Assembly: GCF_036507355.1 (NCBI RefSeq)
Contig: NZ_AP027877.1
DNA from: Escherichia coli
GTDB taxonomy: Bacteria > Pseudomonadota > Gammaproteobacteria > Enterobacterales > Enterobacteriaceae
Length of the DNA: 64,000 nt
Direction: 5' to 3' (one strand)
Below, piece after piece: positions 12,252 to 27,011 of this stretch (within the stretch, counting starts at the first letter, position 1; every line of letters starts with the position of its first letter). The notes under the pieces are model-generated. The model saw nothing but the letters and a program-made list of their open reading frames with translations, had not been told where the DNA came from and ran no database searches. The translations under genes and the position numbers were made by a program.

Positions 12252-13351
12252 CAGATGATTTCCAGTTTTGCCCGCAGACATCCCGCACTTTGCATTGATT
12301 GCAAAATAGACATCAGATCCATCGGCGTAGCGCCCAGCGCATTGAGCGCGCGCACCACGTTATTGAGGCTGGCGCTGGAACGTACGCTTTGCAGCGAACC
12401 GCCGCTCTGGCGTAAATCGATCTGCGTTTGTGGAGTAACCACAGTCTGTCCACCACCAAACGGTGTATCTGGCTGGCTGACATTGGCCTGACGATTGACT
12501 GTAACTGAGAGATTCCCCTGCGCTACCGCGCAGCTGTCGAGGGTCACTTCGCGATTCATCACCACCGAACCGGTGCGCGAGTTAATCACTACTTTAGCGT
12601 CCTGCGGGGTGACATTAACCTGCATATTCTGGATATCGGCAAGGAAACGGACCTGGGAACTGTTGCCACTCGGTACGCGCACCTGAATAGTCCGCGCATC
12701 TAACGCGGTGGCGCTGCCATATCCACGCACGCGGTTGATGGTGTCAGCGATTTGCTGCGCCATGCTGAAATCTTCGTCGTTAAGTTGCAAATTAAGGGTA
12801 TTCCCGACGCCAAACTGGCTGGGCAATTCACGTTCAATAACCGCACCATTGGTGATCCGTCCACCGTTCAGTTGGTTCACCTGAACACTGCTACCGCCAG
12901 CGGAGGCTCCTGCGCCGCCAACCAGAATATTGCCCTGCGCCAGCGCATACACCTGACTGTCAACGCCCTTAAGCGGTGTCATCAACAACGTACCTCCACG
13001 CAAGCTTTTGGCATTACCCATGGAAGAAACCACCACATCGATGGTTTGCCCCTGACGTCCAAACGGAGGAAGTGACGCTGTCACCATTACCGCAGCGACG
13101 TTTTTTAGCTGCATATTGGTGCCCGTCGGAACGGTAATTCCCAGCTGTGAGAGCATGTTATTAAGCGTTTGTGTGGTAAACGGCGTCTGGGTTGTCTGGT
13201 CACCGGTGCCATCCAGCCCCACTACCAGGCCATAGCCAATCAGTGAGTTTTGCCTTACCCCCTGAACACTGGTGAGATCGCGAATACGCTCAGCCTGAGC
13301 CGCCGTCGTAACCAGTAGAAGAATTAATGCAGAGAGAAATTTAATCACCAC
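12251..13351 (-). CDS. flgI: Flagellar P-ring protein
   Basis: ORF track 366 aa with signal peptide. Confidence 0.95.
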
Positions 13352-13359
13352 AGCCTCAC

Positions 13360-14058
13360 TTACATTGGCGACAGGTTAAGGAAGAAACGCTGCAACCAGC
13401 CCATATTTTGCGCTTCGTTAATGTAGCCATTGCCTACGTATTCAATGCGCGCATCCGCCACCTGAGTAGACGGTACGGTATTGCTGCCGCTGATAGTGCG
13501 TGGATTAACCACGCCCGAGAAGCGAATAAATTCGGTACCCTGATTAATGGCAATCTGTTTTTCACCCACCACATGCAGGTTGCCGTTGACCAGTACCTGG
13601 TCAACCGTCACCGTCAACGTGCCGCTAAAGGTATTGCTGGCATTGGCCCCGCCCTTTCCGTTGAACGTGTTACCACCGGAGGCTTCGACATCGGCACGAG
13701 CGTTACCAAACAGCCCCTGCAAATAGCGCGGCACAGTATCAAAGCCAAAATTAGTTTTACCGTCACGGCTGGCATTCGCAGAGGAGCTTTTGCTGGCGCT
13801 GACGTTCTCCTGCAACACGATGGTCAGCGTATCGCCAATATTGCGTGGTCGACGATCTTCAAACAGCGGTTGATAGCCATAGTTAATCGGCTGAGCAGAC
13901 TGGAAAATAGAACCGTTGGCGACGGGCGTCGGACCGGGAACCGGTTGTGCACTGGTCGCCCCCTGCACCAGCGGCGTGGAGGGTATCCAGGCGCAGCCGG
14001 TTAGTGAAAGCACCAACAAGCTGGAAATGGCATAAGTATGCGCAGCGTTTTTTTGCAT
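13360..14058 (-). CDS. flgH: Flagellar L-ring lipoprotein
   Basis: ORF track 13360..14073; start at [22 protein letters not shown], a lipobox signal peptide. Confidence 0.92.
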
Positions 14059-14110
14059 GGCTATCATCTTCAAAAATCAATAAACCGGTGTACCTGCCAC
14101 CGGTTATGCC

Positions 14111-14911
<801 letters not shown>

Positions 14912-14938
14912 TTAGTGACAAAGTGCATATGTCTTCTT

Positions 14939-14973
14939 GCCGGATGCGGCGTAAACTCCTTATCCGACCTACA
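14939..14973. repeat. REP element with adjacent IHF-like motif in the flgF-flgG gap
   Basis: tgccggatgcggcgtaaactccttatccgacctaca, then caaaatcgataaattgcg. Confidence 0.55.
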
Positions 14974-15064
14974 AGTGCTCGCAAAATCGATAAATTGCGA
15001 TTGCCCCCATAGACCCGATAAACTTGCGCATCGGGTAACTTATACTTGTCATGTATCCTTTCAA

Positions 15065-15820
15065 TTAACTCATCGACAGCAGTTGGTTGGCACGGCCTGC
15101 GTTATCATCGACGCTGCTGATCACCTTCATCTGCATTTCAAAACGCCGCGCGCTGGCAATCATGTCGCTCATTGCCGCAACGGTATTGACATTACTGCCT
15201 TCCAGAACACCCGACATCACACGCAAGGTTGGATCTGCCTGCAGTACAGGCCCACGCGTGGCCTGGGTTTCTGCGCTTAAACGAAAAATGCCGTCGTCAC
15301 CGCGCTGCACTTCGCTGCCCGTGGCTTTCACCAGTTTAAGACGCCCTACTGGCGCAACCGTATTTGCCGGATCGCCCGGATTCAGCGCCGAGATTGTGCC
15401 ATCGGCAGCTATCGTGATTTCCGCCCCTTCCGGCACAGCAATTGGCCCCGCCTCGCCTATCACCGGATGCCCCTGAATTGTCAGTTGCCCGGTGGGATCA
15501 ACCTGAATGCTGCCATTACGCGTATACCCTTCGCTGCCGTCAGCGGTCTGCACGGCCAGCCAGCCATCCTGCTGCAACGCAACGTCCAGCGGGCGCGAGG
15601 TGTAATCCATCTTGCCGGGCGTCATGTCTGCACCCGGTGTTGACGCCGTTACCAGCGTGCGCGTAGGCAGTGAAAGCCCTTCCACCGGCACTGCGCGCAA
15701 GGCGTTTAACTGCGCACGAAAACCGGGCGTAGAGGCATTGGCCAGATTACTGGCGGTTACCGCCTGTTGATTCAGCGTCTGGCTGGCTGCTCCCATCGCG
15801 GTATAAATTGCGTGATCCAT
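15065..15820 (-). CDS. flgF: Flagellar proximal rod protein
   Basis: ORF track 251 aa. Confidence 0.95.
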   Translation of the reverse strand: MDHAIYTAMGAASQTLNQQAVTASNLANASTPGFRAQLNALRAVPVEGLSLPTRTLVTASTPGADMTPGKMDYTSRPLDVALQQDGWLAVQTADGSEGYTRNGSIQVDPTGQLTIQGHPVIGEAGPIAVPEGAEITIAADGTISALNPGDPANTVAPVGRLKLVKATGSEVQRGDDGIFRLSAETQATRGPVLQADPTLRVMSGVLEGSNVNTVAAMSDMIASARRFEMQMKVISSVDDNAGRANQLLSMS

Positions 15821-15839
15821 TGAGCTATCCCGTCAGCGA

Positions 15840-17045
15840 TTAGCGTAAGTTAACCAGCGTGTTGAGGATCTGGTCCTGGGTTTTGATGGTCTGGGCGTTA
15901 GACTGATAGTTACGCTGGGCAACGATCATATTGACCAGTTCTTTACTGAGATCGACGTTGGACGCTTCCAACGCACCGTTGGTCAGGGTGCCAAAGTTGC
16001 CCGTCCCGGCTGTCCCCAACAGCGCCACGCCAGAAGATTGCGTCGCAGACCAGACGTTGTCGCCTTCGGATGCCAGACCTTCGTTGTTGGCAAAGTTCGC
16101 CAGTACAATCTGCCCCAGCAGTTGGGTTTGTTCGTTGGAATAGTTGCCGACAACCGTACCGTCATCATTGATTTGATAACTCACGAGATCGCCCGGTTTG
16201 TAGCCGTTCTGGGTGGTTGCCACAATGTTGTTAGCGCCGGTATTTTGCTGCATGGAGTTGAGGAAGCTCAGGCTAAACGTGGCGGGATCTGCGCCGTTAA
16301 TTGCGCCAGTGGTAATATTCTCTGTTGGATTTGAGGTCAGAACGCCATTGGAATTAAACACCAGCGTCATTGCATGGTCAGCTGTGCCTGTTGGATCACT
16401 GCTATCCTGGGTGTAGACCTGCCAGTTATTATCCCCGGTCTTCACAAAGTACACGCTCATGTCATGAGCATTACCCTGACTATCGAAAACAGTCACCGAA
16501 CCTTTTTTGTTATAGCTATCCGCATTGCTGGCATCAAATGTGTTAACAGTAGGAAGCGGATCACTGGAATTCAGGTTGATCTGCATCGACGCCGTGGTGG
16601 TAGTTTTCGCTGCCATCAGGGTATTCGGGATCGAAATATTGGTCGGATTCGCCCCTTGCTGAATAGTCGGCGGCGTACCGGTTGCCGGGTAACCCGTCAG
16701 CTGTAAACCTTGCATATTCACCAGGTTACGGTTTTCATCCAGCTTAAATTGTCCGTTACGGCTGTAGAACACCGAACCGTTGCTGTCTACCAGACGGAAA
16801 AAACCGTTCTGGCTGATAGCAACGTCCAGACCACGCCCGGTGTTGGTGGTCGTGCCATCGGTAAAGTCCTGAGTGATACCGGCAACTTTTACCCCCAGTC
16901 CCACTTTCGAACCGGCAAACATATCGGCAAAAGAGGCCGTGCCTGATTTAAAGCCGTAGGTGGCGGAGTTGGCGATATTGTTGCCAATAACATCGAGGTT
17001 GGTGGCGGCAGCGTTTAATCCGCTAACCGCTTGAGAAAAGGCCAT
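15840..17045 (-). CDS. flgE: Flagellar hook protein
   Basis: ORF track 401 aa. Confidence 0.95.
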   Translation of the reverse strand: MAFSQAVSGLNAAATNLDVIGNNIANSATYGFKSGTASFADMFAGSKVGLGVKVAGITQDFTDGTTTNTGRGLDVAISQNGFFRLVDSNGSVFYSRNGQFKLDENRNLVNMQGLQLTGYPATGTPPTIQQGANPTNISIPNTLMAAKTTTTASMQINLNSSDPLPTVNTFDASNADSYNKKGSVTVFDSQGNAHDMSVYFVKTGDNNWQVYTQDSSDPTGTADHAMTLVFNSNGVLTSNPTENITTGAINGADPATFSLSFLNSMQQNTGANNIVATTQNGYKPGDLVSYQINDDGTVVGNYSNEQTQLLGQIVLANFANNEGLASEGDNVWSATQSSGVALLGTAGTGNFGTLTNGALEASNVDLSKELVNMIVAQRNYQSNAQTIKTQDQILNTLVNLR

Positions 17046-17069
17046 GACTGACTCCTGAAATGTGAAGGC

Positions 17070-17765
17070 TTAAATTATCTGCCGTACTTCGTCGAGGGTG
17101 GTGGTGCCGTAAGTGCCGAGATCCAGCGTATTACCGTTGTTGCCGCGGATCACACCCTGCACCAGAGCAAACTGCAGCGGCTGGGCAACCAATTGTGTAC
17201 CACCGTTACTGGCGCTAATCGCTACGTTGTAAGAACCGTTCGGCGCAGTGCTGCCGTCAGTCAACGTACCGTCCCAGGTGAAACTGTGGACTCCGGCGGT
17301 CAGTTCACCGATATCAATGGTGCGCACAACCGCGCCATTTTTATCGGTGATGGTGGCCGTCACTTTGTCTGCCGCCTGTTGCAGCTCAACACCAAACGGC
17401 GTGGTCGTGGTCACAGCCCCTTCTTCACTGCCGGTTCCCGCAAGAACTGTGGTGCCGGGGATCATCACGCCGTGACCGATCAGGTTACTGGCCTGTAACG
17501 ACTGGCTGTTATCAATCTGTCCGGAAATAGATCCGAGCGTGGTATTGAGTTTTTCAATCCCGCTGACCGTGCTGATTTGTGCCAATTGCGACGTCAGCTC
17601 GTTGTTTTCCATTGGATTTGTTGGGTCCTGGTTTTTCAGCTGCGCCACCAGCAAAGTCAGAAAACTGCTTTGTAAATCTGCGGCGTTGCTGCCCGTCAGC
17701 GAACTACTGCTGGTGGTACTGACGCCGGTATTTGTCGGATCGGTGGTGGTTACCGCAATGGACAT
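17070..17765 (-). CDS. flgD: Flagellar hook capping / assembly protein
   Basis: ORF track 231 aa. Confidence 0.95.
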   Translation of the reverse strand: MSIAVTTTDPTNTGVSTTSSSSLTGSNAADLQSSFLTLLVAQLKNQDPTNPMENNELTSQLAQISTVSGIEKLNTTLGSISGQIDNSQSLQASNLIGHGVMIPGTTVLAGTGSEEGAVTTTTPFGVELQQAADKVTATITDKNGAVVRTIDIGELTAGVHSFTWDGTLTDGSTAPNGSYNVAISASNGGTQLVAQPLQFALVQGVIRGNNGNTLDLGTYGTTTLDEVRQII

Positions 17766-17776
17766 AGCTTTCTCCT

Positions 17777-18181
17777 TTATTGACCGAGCGTAAGGGTTTT
17801 CAGCATCATGCTTTTCACCGTGTTGAGCACTTCAACATTGGCCTGATAGCTGCGTGACGCCGACATGGTGTTAACCATCTCTCCGACAACATCAACGTTC
17901 GGCATTTTTACGTAGCCCTTTGCATCAGCCAGCGGATTACCCGGTTCATAAACCAGTTTGTCCGGGGCCTGACTTTCTATAACATCGGCAACCTTTACGC
18001 CGCCTGTCGCAGCACCTGGTGCAGCGTTAACCTGGAATACCACCTGTTTTGCCCGATATGGCTGTCCATCGGGACCGGTCACGCTATCAGCATTCGCCAG
18101 ATTACTGGCCGCCACGTTCAGGCGCTGGGACTGGGCAGTTAACGCCGACCCGGCGATATCAAAAATATTCAGCAGTGCCAT
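17777..18181 (-). CDS. flgC: Flagellar basal-body rod protein
   Basis: ORF track 134 aa. Confidence 0.95.
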
Positions 18182-18184
18182 CCG

Positions 18185-18601
18185 TTAATTTCCGCTCTGT
18201 AAAACGTTCATCATGCCCTTGATTTGCCCGCTCAACGCACTAAGGCTCATCTGGTATTGCAGGCTGTTATCGGCAAACTGGGTGCGTTCGCGATCCATAT
18301 CGACGGTATTACCGTCAAGCGAAGGCTGGTCCGGAATACGGTATTGCAGTTCTGCGGTAGGAGGCGTCAGCGCCTGCGCCGGAATGTGTTGCATTGAGGT
18401 CATCGTCAGAGCAACCACACTGGTTGCATCCCGTCCACGTTGCATGACTTTTTTAAGTTCACTGGCAAAATCGATATCGCGCGCCTGATAACCAGGGGTA
18501 TCGGCATTGGCGATGTTTGCTGCCAGCACTTCCTGACGCTGGGCGCGCAGATTGAGCGCCTCTTGTTGAAAACGTAAGGCGGCGTCGAGCTTATCGAGCA
18601 T
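18185..18601 (-). CDS. flgB: Flagellar basal-body rod protein
   Basis: ORF track 138 aa. Confidence 0.95.
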   Translation of the reverse strand: MLDKLDAALRFQQEALNLRAQRQEVLAANIANADTPGYQARDIDFASELKKVMQRGRDATSVVALTMTSMQHIPAQALTPPTAELQYRIPDQPSLDGNTVDMDRERTQFADNSLQYQMSLSALSGQIKGMMNVLQSGN

Positions 18602-18755
18602 ATCTCCTCCGCAGGTATCAAAATTCTGCCATCAGCTTAAATGCCTTTACGCGCGCGTTATCGGCGGAATAAACGCAAAATGGGTCGCTATTTATGCCGT
18701 TGATGGTCATTGCGGACAGGTACAATTCACGTTGTAGAAATGGCTGGGGGCGAAA
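18602..18755. promoter_or_regulatory. Divergent flgB / flgA promoter region
   Basis: 154-bp gap between divergent operon starts; exact promoter boxes not resolved by eye. Confidence 0.6.
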
Positions 18756-19415
18756 ATGCTGGCAATAAAACGTAGCGTGGCGATCATCGCGATACTGTTC
18801 AGTCCGTTAAGTGCGGCGAGCAATCTCACATCGCAATTGCACAACTTTTTTAGCGCCCAGCTCGCAGGGATAAGTGATGAGGTTCGTGTTTCTATTCGTA
18901 CAGCGCCCAATCTACTACCGCCGTGCGAGCAGCCATTGCTTTCGATGAGCAATAATTCCCGCTTGTGGGGCAATGTGAATGTGTTGGCACGCTGCGGTAA
19001 CGACAAACGATATTTACAGGTTAATGTGCAGGCCACAGGAAATTATGTGGTTGCCGCGATGCCCATTGTGCGAGGAGGAAAGATGGGAGCTGGCAATGTC
19101 AAACTGAAACGCGGACGGCTGGATACCCTGCCGCCGCGTACGGTGCTGGATATCAATCAACTTGTTGATGCCGTTAGCCTGCGCGATCTATCACCCGATC
19201 AACCTATCCAGTTAACCCAGTTTCGCCAGGCATGGCGGGTAAAAGCGGGACAACGCGTCAACGTGATCGCCAGCGGTGATGGGTTTAGCGCCAACGCAGA
19301 AGGTCAGGCGCTGAACAATGCAGCCGTCGCACAGAATGCGCGGGTGCGCATGGTATCTGGACAGGTAGTCAGCGGCGTTGTTGATGCAGATGGGAATATT
19401 CTTATAAACCTGTAA
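18756..19415 (+). CDS. flgA: Flagellar P-ring assembly chaperone
   Basis: ORF track 219 aa with signal peptide. Confidence 0.93.
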   Translation: MLAIKRSVAIIAILFSPLSAASNLTSQLHNFFSAQLAGISDEVRVSIRTAPNLLPPCEQPLLSMSNNSRLWGNVNVLARCGNDKRYLQVNVQATGNYVVAAMPIVRGGKMGAGNVKLKRGRLDTLPPRTVLDINQLVDAVSLRDLSPDQPIQLTQFRQAWRVKAGQRVNVIASGDGFSANAEGQALNNAAVAQNARVRMVSGQVVSGVVDADGNILINL

Positions 19416-19420
19416 GCTGT

Positions 19421-19447
19421 TAAAGATTACTCGTCCCTTGCCGATAA
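19421..19447 (+). promoter_or_regulatory. sigma28 promoter for flgMN
   Basis: TAAAGATT - 11 nt - GCCGATAA, a near-perfect match to the sigma28 consensus TAAAGTTT-N11-GCCGATAA, about 45 nt upstream of flgM. Confidence 0.78.
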
Positions 19448-19490
19448 ATAAGCAACACATGATAAAAGCGCCCTCAATGAGGAATAAACC

Positions 19491-19784
19491 ATGAGTATTG
19501 ATCGCACTTCGCCTCTGAAGCCCGTAAGCACCGTTCAACCGCGCGAAACCACTGACGCGCCGGTAACGAACACCCGAGCGGCAAAAACAACAGCATCCAC
19601 CAGCACCAGTGTGACGTTAAGCGACGCGCAAGCAAAACTGATGCAACCCGGCAGCAGTGATATCAATCTTGAACGTGTCGAAGCGTTAAAACTGGCGATT
19701 CGTAACGGTGAACTAAAAATGGACACCGGCAAAATTGCCGATGCGCTGATCAACGAAGCGCAGCAAGACTTGCAGAGTAATTAA
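19491..19784 (+). CDS. flgM: Anti-sigma-28 factor
   Basis: ORF track 97 aa. Confidence 0.95.
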   Translation: MSIDRTSPLKPVSTVQPRETTDAPVTNTRAAKTTASTSTSVTLSDAQAKLMQPGSSDINLERVEALKLAIRNGELKMDTGKIADALINEAQQDLQSN

Positions 19785-19788
19785 TCGT

Positions 19789-20205
19789 ATGACGCGTCTT
19801 GCAGAGATCCTCGACCAGATGTCCGCTGTGCTTAACGATCTCAAAACGGTAATGGATCAAGAGCAGCAACATCTCTCTATGGGGCAGATCAACGGCAGCC
19901 AGTTGCAATGGATTACAGAACAAAAAAGCTCACTGCTGGCAACGTTGGATTACCTCGAACAGTTACGCAGGAAAGAACCCAATACAGCAAATAGCGTTGA
20001 TGTTAGTCAACGCTGGCAGGAAATTGCTGTGAAAACGCAGCAACTACGCCAAATGAATCAACATAACGGCTGGTTACTGGAAGGACAGATTGAGCGCAAT
20101 CAACAGGCGCTGGAAATGTTGAAACCGCATCAGGAACCGACGCTATATGGGGCGAACGGTCAGACCTCAACAACCCATCGCGGCAGTAAAAAGATTTCGA
20201 TCTGA
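19789..20205 (+). CDS. flgN: Flagellar export chaperone for FlgK/FlgL
   Basis: ORF track 138 aa. Confidence 0.93.
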   Translation: MTRLAEILDQMSAVLNDLKTVMDQEQQHLSMGQINGSQLQWITEQKSSLLATLDYLEQLRRKEPNTANSVDVSQRWQEIAVKTQQLRQMNQHNGWLLEGQIERNQQALEMLKPHQEPTLYGANGQTSTTHRGSKKISI

Positions 20206-20214
20206 AGATTATCT

Positions 20215-20235
20215 CCGGCCTGCACTGCAGGCCGG
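20215..20235. terminator. Palindrome between convergent flgN and murJ, candidate bidirectional terminator
   Basis: ccggcctgcactgcaggccgg, a perfect 21-bp palindrome inside a 39-bp convergent gap. Confidence 0.55.
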
Positions 20236-20244
20236 AATGCATTG

Positions 20245-21867
<1,623 letters not shown>

Positions 21868-21889
21868 CTACCGCCAGATGTTACAGGGT

Positions 21890-22813
21890 TTATTCACTCA
21901 TCGCATCGCGCCAGATCTTGTCAACGATACGTTGCGCCAGCACTGCCTGTTCGCCGGCGGTTTGCGGAACTGTCTGATTTTGCACACATTCAATGAAGTG
22001 CCGCGCACAGCCGACAAATCCACGTTGCTCAAGCGTGCTCTGCCAACCAGGAATCGGTTTATTCACTACACCCTGCCCACGCTCCTCACGCCATTCGCGC
22101 ATTTCCGTAATGTCGATGAGCGCACCGTCAGTCACGGCCTGCACGGTTTCACGCTGACTTCCGGCACGGCGATGCATACAAGTGGTGATCTGCAAAGGAC
22201 CGGCCGAAAAATGGTGCTCGGCAAACAGCATTTCGCCAGCATCGTTAGTCAGTAGCGTACCGCCATCCAGAGAGGCTTTGCCGCCCGACAACCACAGCGC
22301 GGTATCCACCACATGCAGATAATCATCCAGCAACGTGAAATAAAGATCGTGTGGCCCGACGCTATTGCTACGATGTTTATCCATTCTTAGCGAGGCTGCG
22401 GTGGCGAGTTGCTTTTTTAACTCACCGTAGAGTGGTGCGAAACGACGGTTAAAACCGACCATCAACGTCAGTTTTTTCCGCGCCGCCAGTTCCACCAGCC
22501 GTTCAGCATCGCGCAGATTTTCTGCCAGCGGTTTATCGACACAGACATGTACCCCCGCATTGAGTAACGTACTGACCACGTCAAAGTGGCTGGCGGTGCT
22601 GGAATGCACAAAAACCGCATCGCAACTGGCAGCAAGGCTGGATAACGAATCGGCATAAGGAATGCGCCAGCTTTCACAAATTGGCAGGGCTTTCGCGCGT
22701 GTAGGCGACCAGGCTCCTTGTAACATCCAGTCAGACGCTGCCGCCAGCACCGGTAACCACGCTTTTTGCGCAATGCCGCCTAATCCCACTACGCCGATAC
22801 GTAATTTTTTCAC
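21890..22813 (-). CDS. yceM: Gfo/Idh/MocA-family oxidoreductase
   Basis: ORF track 21890..22846; likely GTG start at VKKLRIGVVGLGGIAQKA, a Rossmann fold motif. Confidence 0.85.
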   Translation of the reverse strand: MKKLRIGVVGLGGIAQKAWLPVLAAASDWMLQGAWSPTRAKALPICESWRIPYADSLSSLAASCDAVFVHSSTASHFDVVSTLLNAGVHVCVDKPLAENLRDAERLVELAARKKLTLMVGFNRRFAPLYGELKKQLATAASLRMDKHRSNSVGPHDLYFTLLDDYLHVVDTALWLSGGKASLDGGTLLTNDAGEMLFAEHHFSAGPLQITTCMHRRAGSQRETVQAVTDGALIDITEMREWREERGQGVVNKPIPGWQSTLEQRGFVGCARHFIECVQNQTVPQTAGEQAVLAQRIVDKIWRDAMSE

Positions 22814-22814
22814 T

Positions 22815-24057
<1,243 letters not shown>

Positions 24058-24292
24058 TCTATACCTACTCCTTCCCGTAACGTCTTTAATACGCTGTAAG
24101 TATTACTATACCTGCGCAACCAGACCCTGTGAAAAGTCCAAAATGCCATTTTCTGCATTATTCACATATTTGATAAAAACTCTCTATCAAAGCGACGTTT
24201 TGATAAAAAAATATTGTCCCCGAAGTGATGGGAAAAGTCTTAGCGGCAATGCAGAATAGAAAGTGCTCATCTTTTATTTCCCAGGAGGGGAA

Positions 24293-25501
24293 ATGTCCCG
24301 CGTGTCGCAGGCGAGGAACCTGGGTAAATATTTCCTGCTCATCGATAATATGCTGGTCGTGCTGGGGTTCTTTGTTGTCTTCCCGCTGATCTCTATCCGC
24401 TTCGTTGATCAAATGGGCTGGGCCGCCGTCATGGTCGGTATTGCTCTCGGTCTACGCCAGTTTATTCAGCAAGGTCTGGGTATTTTCGGCGGCGCAATTG
24501 CCGACCGCTTTGGTGCCAAACCGATGATTGTTACCGGTATGCTGATGCGCGCCGCCGGATTCGCCACAATGGGTATCGCCCACGAACCGTGGCTATTGTG
24601 GTTTTCATGCCTGCTCTCGGGACTCGGCGGCACGTTGTTTGATCCGCCGCGTTCGGCGCTGGTGGTGAAACTAATCCGTCCACAACAGCGTGGTCGTTTT
24701 TTCTCGCTGTTGATGATGCAGGACAGTGCCGGTGCAGTCATTGGCGCATTGTTGGGGAGCTGGCTGTTGCAATACGACTTTCGCCTGGTCTGCGCCACAG
24801 GGGCAGTTTTGTTTGTGCTCTGTGCAGCGTTCAATGCGTGGTTGTTACCGGCATGGAAACTCTCCACCGTACGCACGCCCGTTCGCGAAGGCATGACCCG
24901 CGTGATGCGTGACAAGCGTTTTGTCACCTATGTTCTGACGCTGGCGGGTTACTACATGCTGGCTGTACAAGTGATGCTGATGCTGCCAATTATGGTCAAC
25001 GACGTGGCGGGCGCGCCCTCTGCCGTTAAATGGATGTATGCCATTGAAGCGTGTCTGTCGTTAACGTTGCTCTACCCTATCGCCCGCTGGAGTGAAAAGC
25101 ATTTTCGTCTGGAACACCGGTTGATGGCTGGGCTGTTGATAATGTCATTAAGCATGATGCCGGTGGGCATGGTCAGCGGCCTGCAACAACTTTTCACCCT
25201 GGTTTGTCTGTTTTATATCGGTTCGATCATTGCCGAGCCTGCGCGTGAAACCTTAAGTGCTTCGCTGGCGGACGCAAGAGCACGCGGCAGCTATATGGGG
25301 TTTAGCCGTCTGGGTCTGGCGATTGGCGGTGCTATTGGTTACATCGGTGGCGGCTGGCTGTTTGACCTGGGCAAATCGGCGCACCAGCCAGAGCTTCCGT
25401 GGATGCTGCTGGGCATTATTGGCATCTTCACTTTCCTTGCGCTGGGTTGGCAGTTTAGCCAGAAACGCGCCGCGCGTCGTTTGCTTGAACGCGACGCCTG
25501 A
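24293..25501 (+). CDS. mdtH: MFS multidrug transporter
   Basis: ORF track 24263..25501; start at [14 protein letters not shown] gives 402 aa. Confidence 0.92.
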   Translation: MSRVSQARNLGKYFLLIDNMLVVLGFFVVFPLISIRFVDQMGWAAVMVGIALGLRQFIQQGLGIFGGAIADRFGAKPMIVTGMLMRAAGFATMGIAHEPWLLWFSCLLSGLGGTLFDPPRSALVVKLIRPQQRGRFFSLLMMQDSAGAVIGALLGSWLLQYDFRLVCATGAVLFVLCAAFNAWLLPAWKLSTVRTPVREGMTRVMRDKRFVTYVLTLAGYYMLAVQVMLMLPIMVNDVAGAPSAVKWMYAIEACLSLTLLYPIARWSEKHFRLEHRLMAGLLIMSLSMMPVGMVSGLQQLFTLVCLFYIGSIIAEPARETLSASLADARARGSYMGFSRLGLAIGGAIGYIGGGWLFDLGKSAHQPELPWMLLGIIGIFTFLALGWQFSQKRAARRLLERDA

Positions 25502-25564
25502 TTTGATACTCCCCCCTGACTCCTCCATACTGAAAGTGAACTGACAGCCAAATGGAGGAGTCAC

Positions 25565-26212
25565 GTGAAGCTATACATTTACGATCACTGCCCTTACTGC
25601 CTCAAAGCCCGCATGATTTTCGGCCTGAAAAATATCCCCGTCGAATTACATGTTCTGCTCAACGACGACGCAGAAACACCCACCCGGATGGTCGGTCAAA
25701 AACAGGTTCCCATTCTGCAAAAAGATGACAGCCGCTATATGCCAGAAAGCATGGATATCGTTCACTATGTCGATAAACTCGACGGCAAACCGTTACTGAC
25801 CGGCAAACGTTCCCCTGCAATTGAAGAGTGGCTGCGCAAGGTCAATGGCTACGCCAACAAACTGCTGTTGCCGCGTTTTGCCAAATCGGCATTTGATGAG
25901 TTTTCTACTCCCGCCGCGCGCAAATATTTCGTCGACAAGAAAGAGGCCAGCGCGGGTAATTTTGCCGACCTGCTGGCCCACTCTGACGGTCTGATTAAGA
26001 ATATCAGCGATGATTTACGTGCGCTGGACAAACTGATCGTCAAACCGAACGCCGTGAATGGCGAACTTTCAGAAGATGATATTCAGCTATTTCCGCTACT
26101 ACGTAATCTGACGCTGGTAGCCGGAATCAACTGGCCAAGCCGCGTTGCTGATTACCGCGATAATATGGCGAAACAGACACAAATCAATTTGTTATCATCA
26201 ATGGCGATTTAA
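25565..26212 (+). CDS. grxB: Glutaredoxin 2
   Basis: ORF track 215 aa, CPYC active site near the N-terminus; start codon reads GTG. Confidence 0.93.
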   Translation: MKLYIYDHCPYCLKARMIFGLKNIPVELHVLLNDDAETPTRMVGQKQVPILQKDDSRYMPESMDIVHYVDKLDGKPLLTGKRSPAIEEWLRKVNGYANKLLLPRFAKSAFDEFSTPAARKYFVDKKEASAGNFADLLAHSDGLIKNISDDLRALDKLIVKPNAVNGELSEDDIQLFPLLRNLTLVAGINWPSRVADYRDNMAKQTQINLLSSMAI

Positions 26213-26345
26213 TCCTGACTCGCCGCGGCAGCCTGTATTCGCGGGTTGCCGCCGTTTTCAGTTTTTTCTGCTGGCGAGTTTATCGCTGGTGACACATGCT
26301 GCGTTGTGTCAGGATATTGACGCAGATTTCATGTCGAGGACTACC

Positions 26346-26906
26346 ATGAACAAGTTTTTATTTGCCGCTGCATTGATCGTCAGTGGCCTGCTCGTTGGCT
26401 GTAATCAACTCACCCAATACACCATCACCGAACAAGAAATTAACCAGTCGCTTGCGAAACATAATAATTTCTCAAAAGATATCGGTTTACCCGGTGTGGC
26501 TGACGCCCATATTGTTCTGACAAACCTGACCAGCCAAATTGGTCGCGAAGAGCCGAATAAGGTTACCCTAACCGGAGACGCCAATCTGGACATGAACTCC
26601 CTGTTCGGTAGCCAGAAAGCGACCATGAAACTGAAGCTGAAAGCGCTGCCCGTGTTTGATAAAGAAAAAGGCGCGATCTTCCTGAAAGAGATGGAGGTGG
26701 TCGATGCGACGGTACAACCGGAAAAAATGCAAACGGTGATGCAAACGTTGCTTCCCTATCTGAACCAGGCATTACGCAATTACTTTAACCAGCAACCTGC
26801 TTACGTCCTGCGCGAAGATGGCAGCCAGGGCGAAGCAATGGCGAAAAAACTGGCGAAAGGCATTGAAGTGAAGCCAGGCGAAATTGTCATTCCATTTACT
26901 GATTAA
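26346..26906 (+). CDS. yceB: Lipoprotein YceB
   Basis: Internal start MNKFLFAAALIVSGLLVGC (lipobox) within ORF track 26145..26906; 186 aa. Confidence 0.88.
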   Translation: MNKFLFAAALIVSGLLVGCNQLTQYTITEQEINQSLAKHNNFSKDIGLPGVADAHIVLTNLTSQIGREEPNKVTLTGDANLDMNSLFGSQKATMKLKLKALPVFDKEKGAIFLKEMEVVDATVQPEKMQTVMQTLLPYLNQALRNYFNQQPAYVLREDGSQGEAMAKKLAKGIEVKPGEIVIPFTD

Positions 26907-26945
26907 TCACGAGGGCGCATTCGCGCCCTTTATTTTTCGTGCAAA

Positions 26946-26961
26946 GGAAAACGTTTCCGCT
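26946..26961. promoter_or_regulatory. PurR-type operator upstream of pyrC
   Basis: ggaaaacgtttccgct, palindromic core AAACGTTT matching the PurR box; about 50 nt upstream of the pyrC start. Confidence 0.55.
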
Positions 26962-27011
26962 TATCCTTTGTGTCCGGCAAAAACATCCCTTCAGCCGGAG
27001 CATAGAGATTA

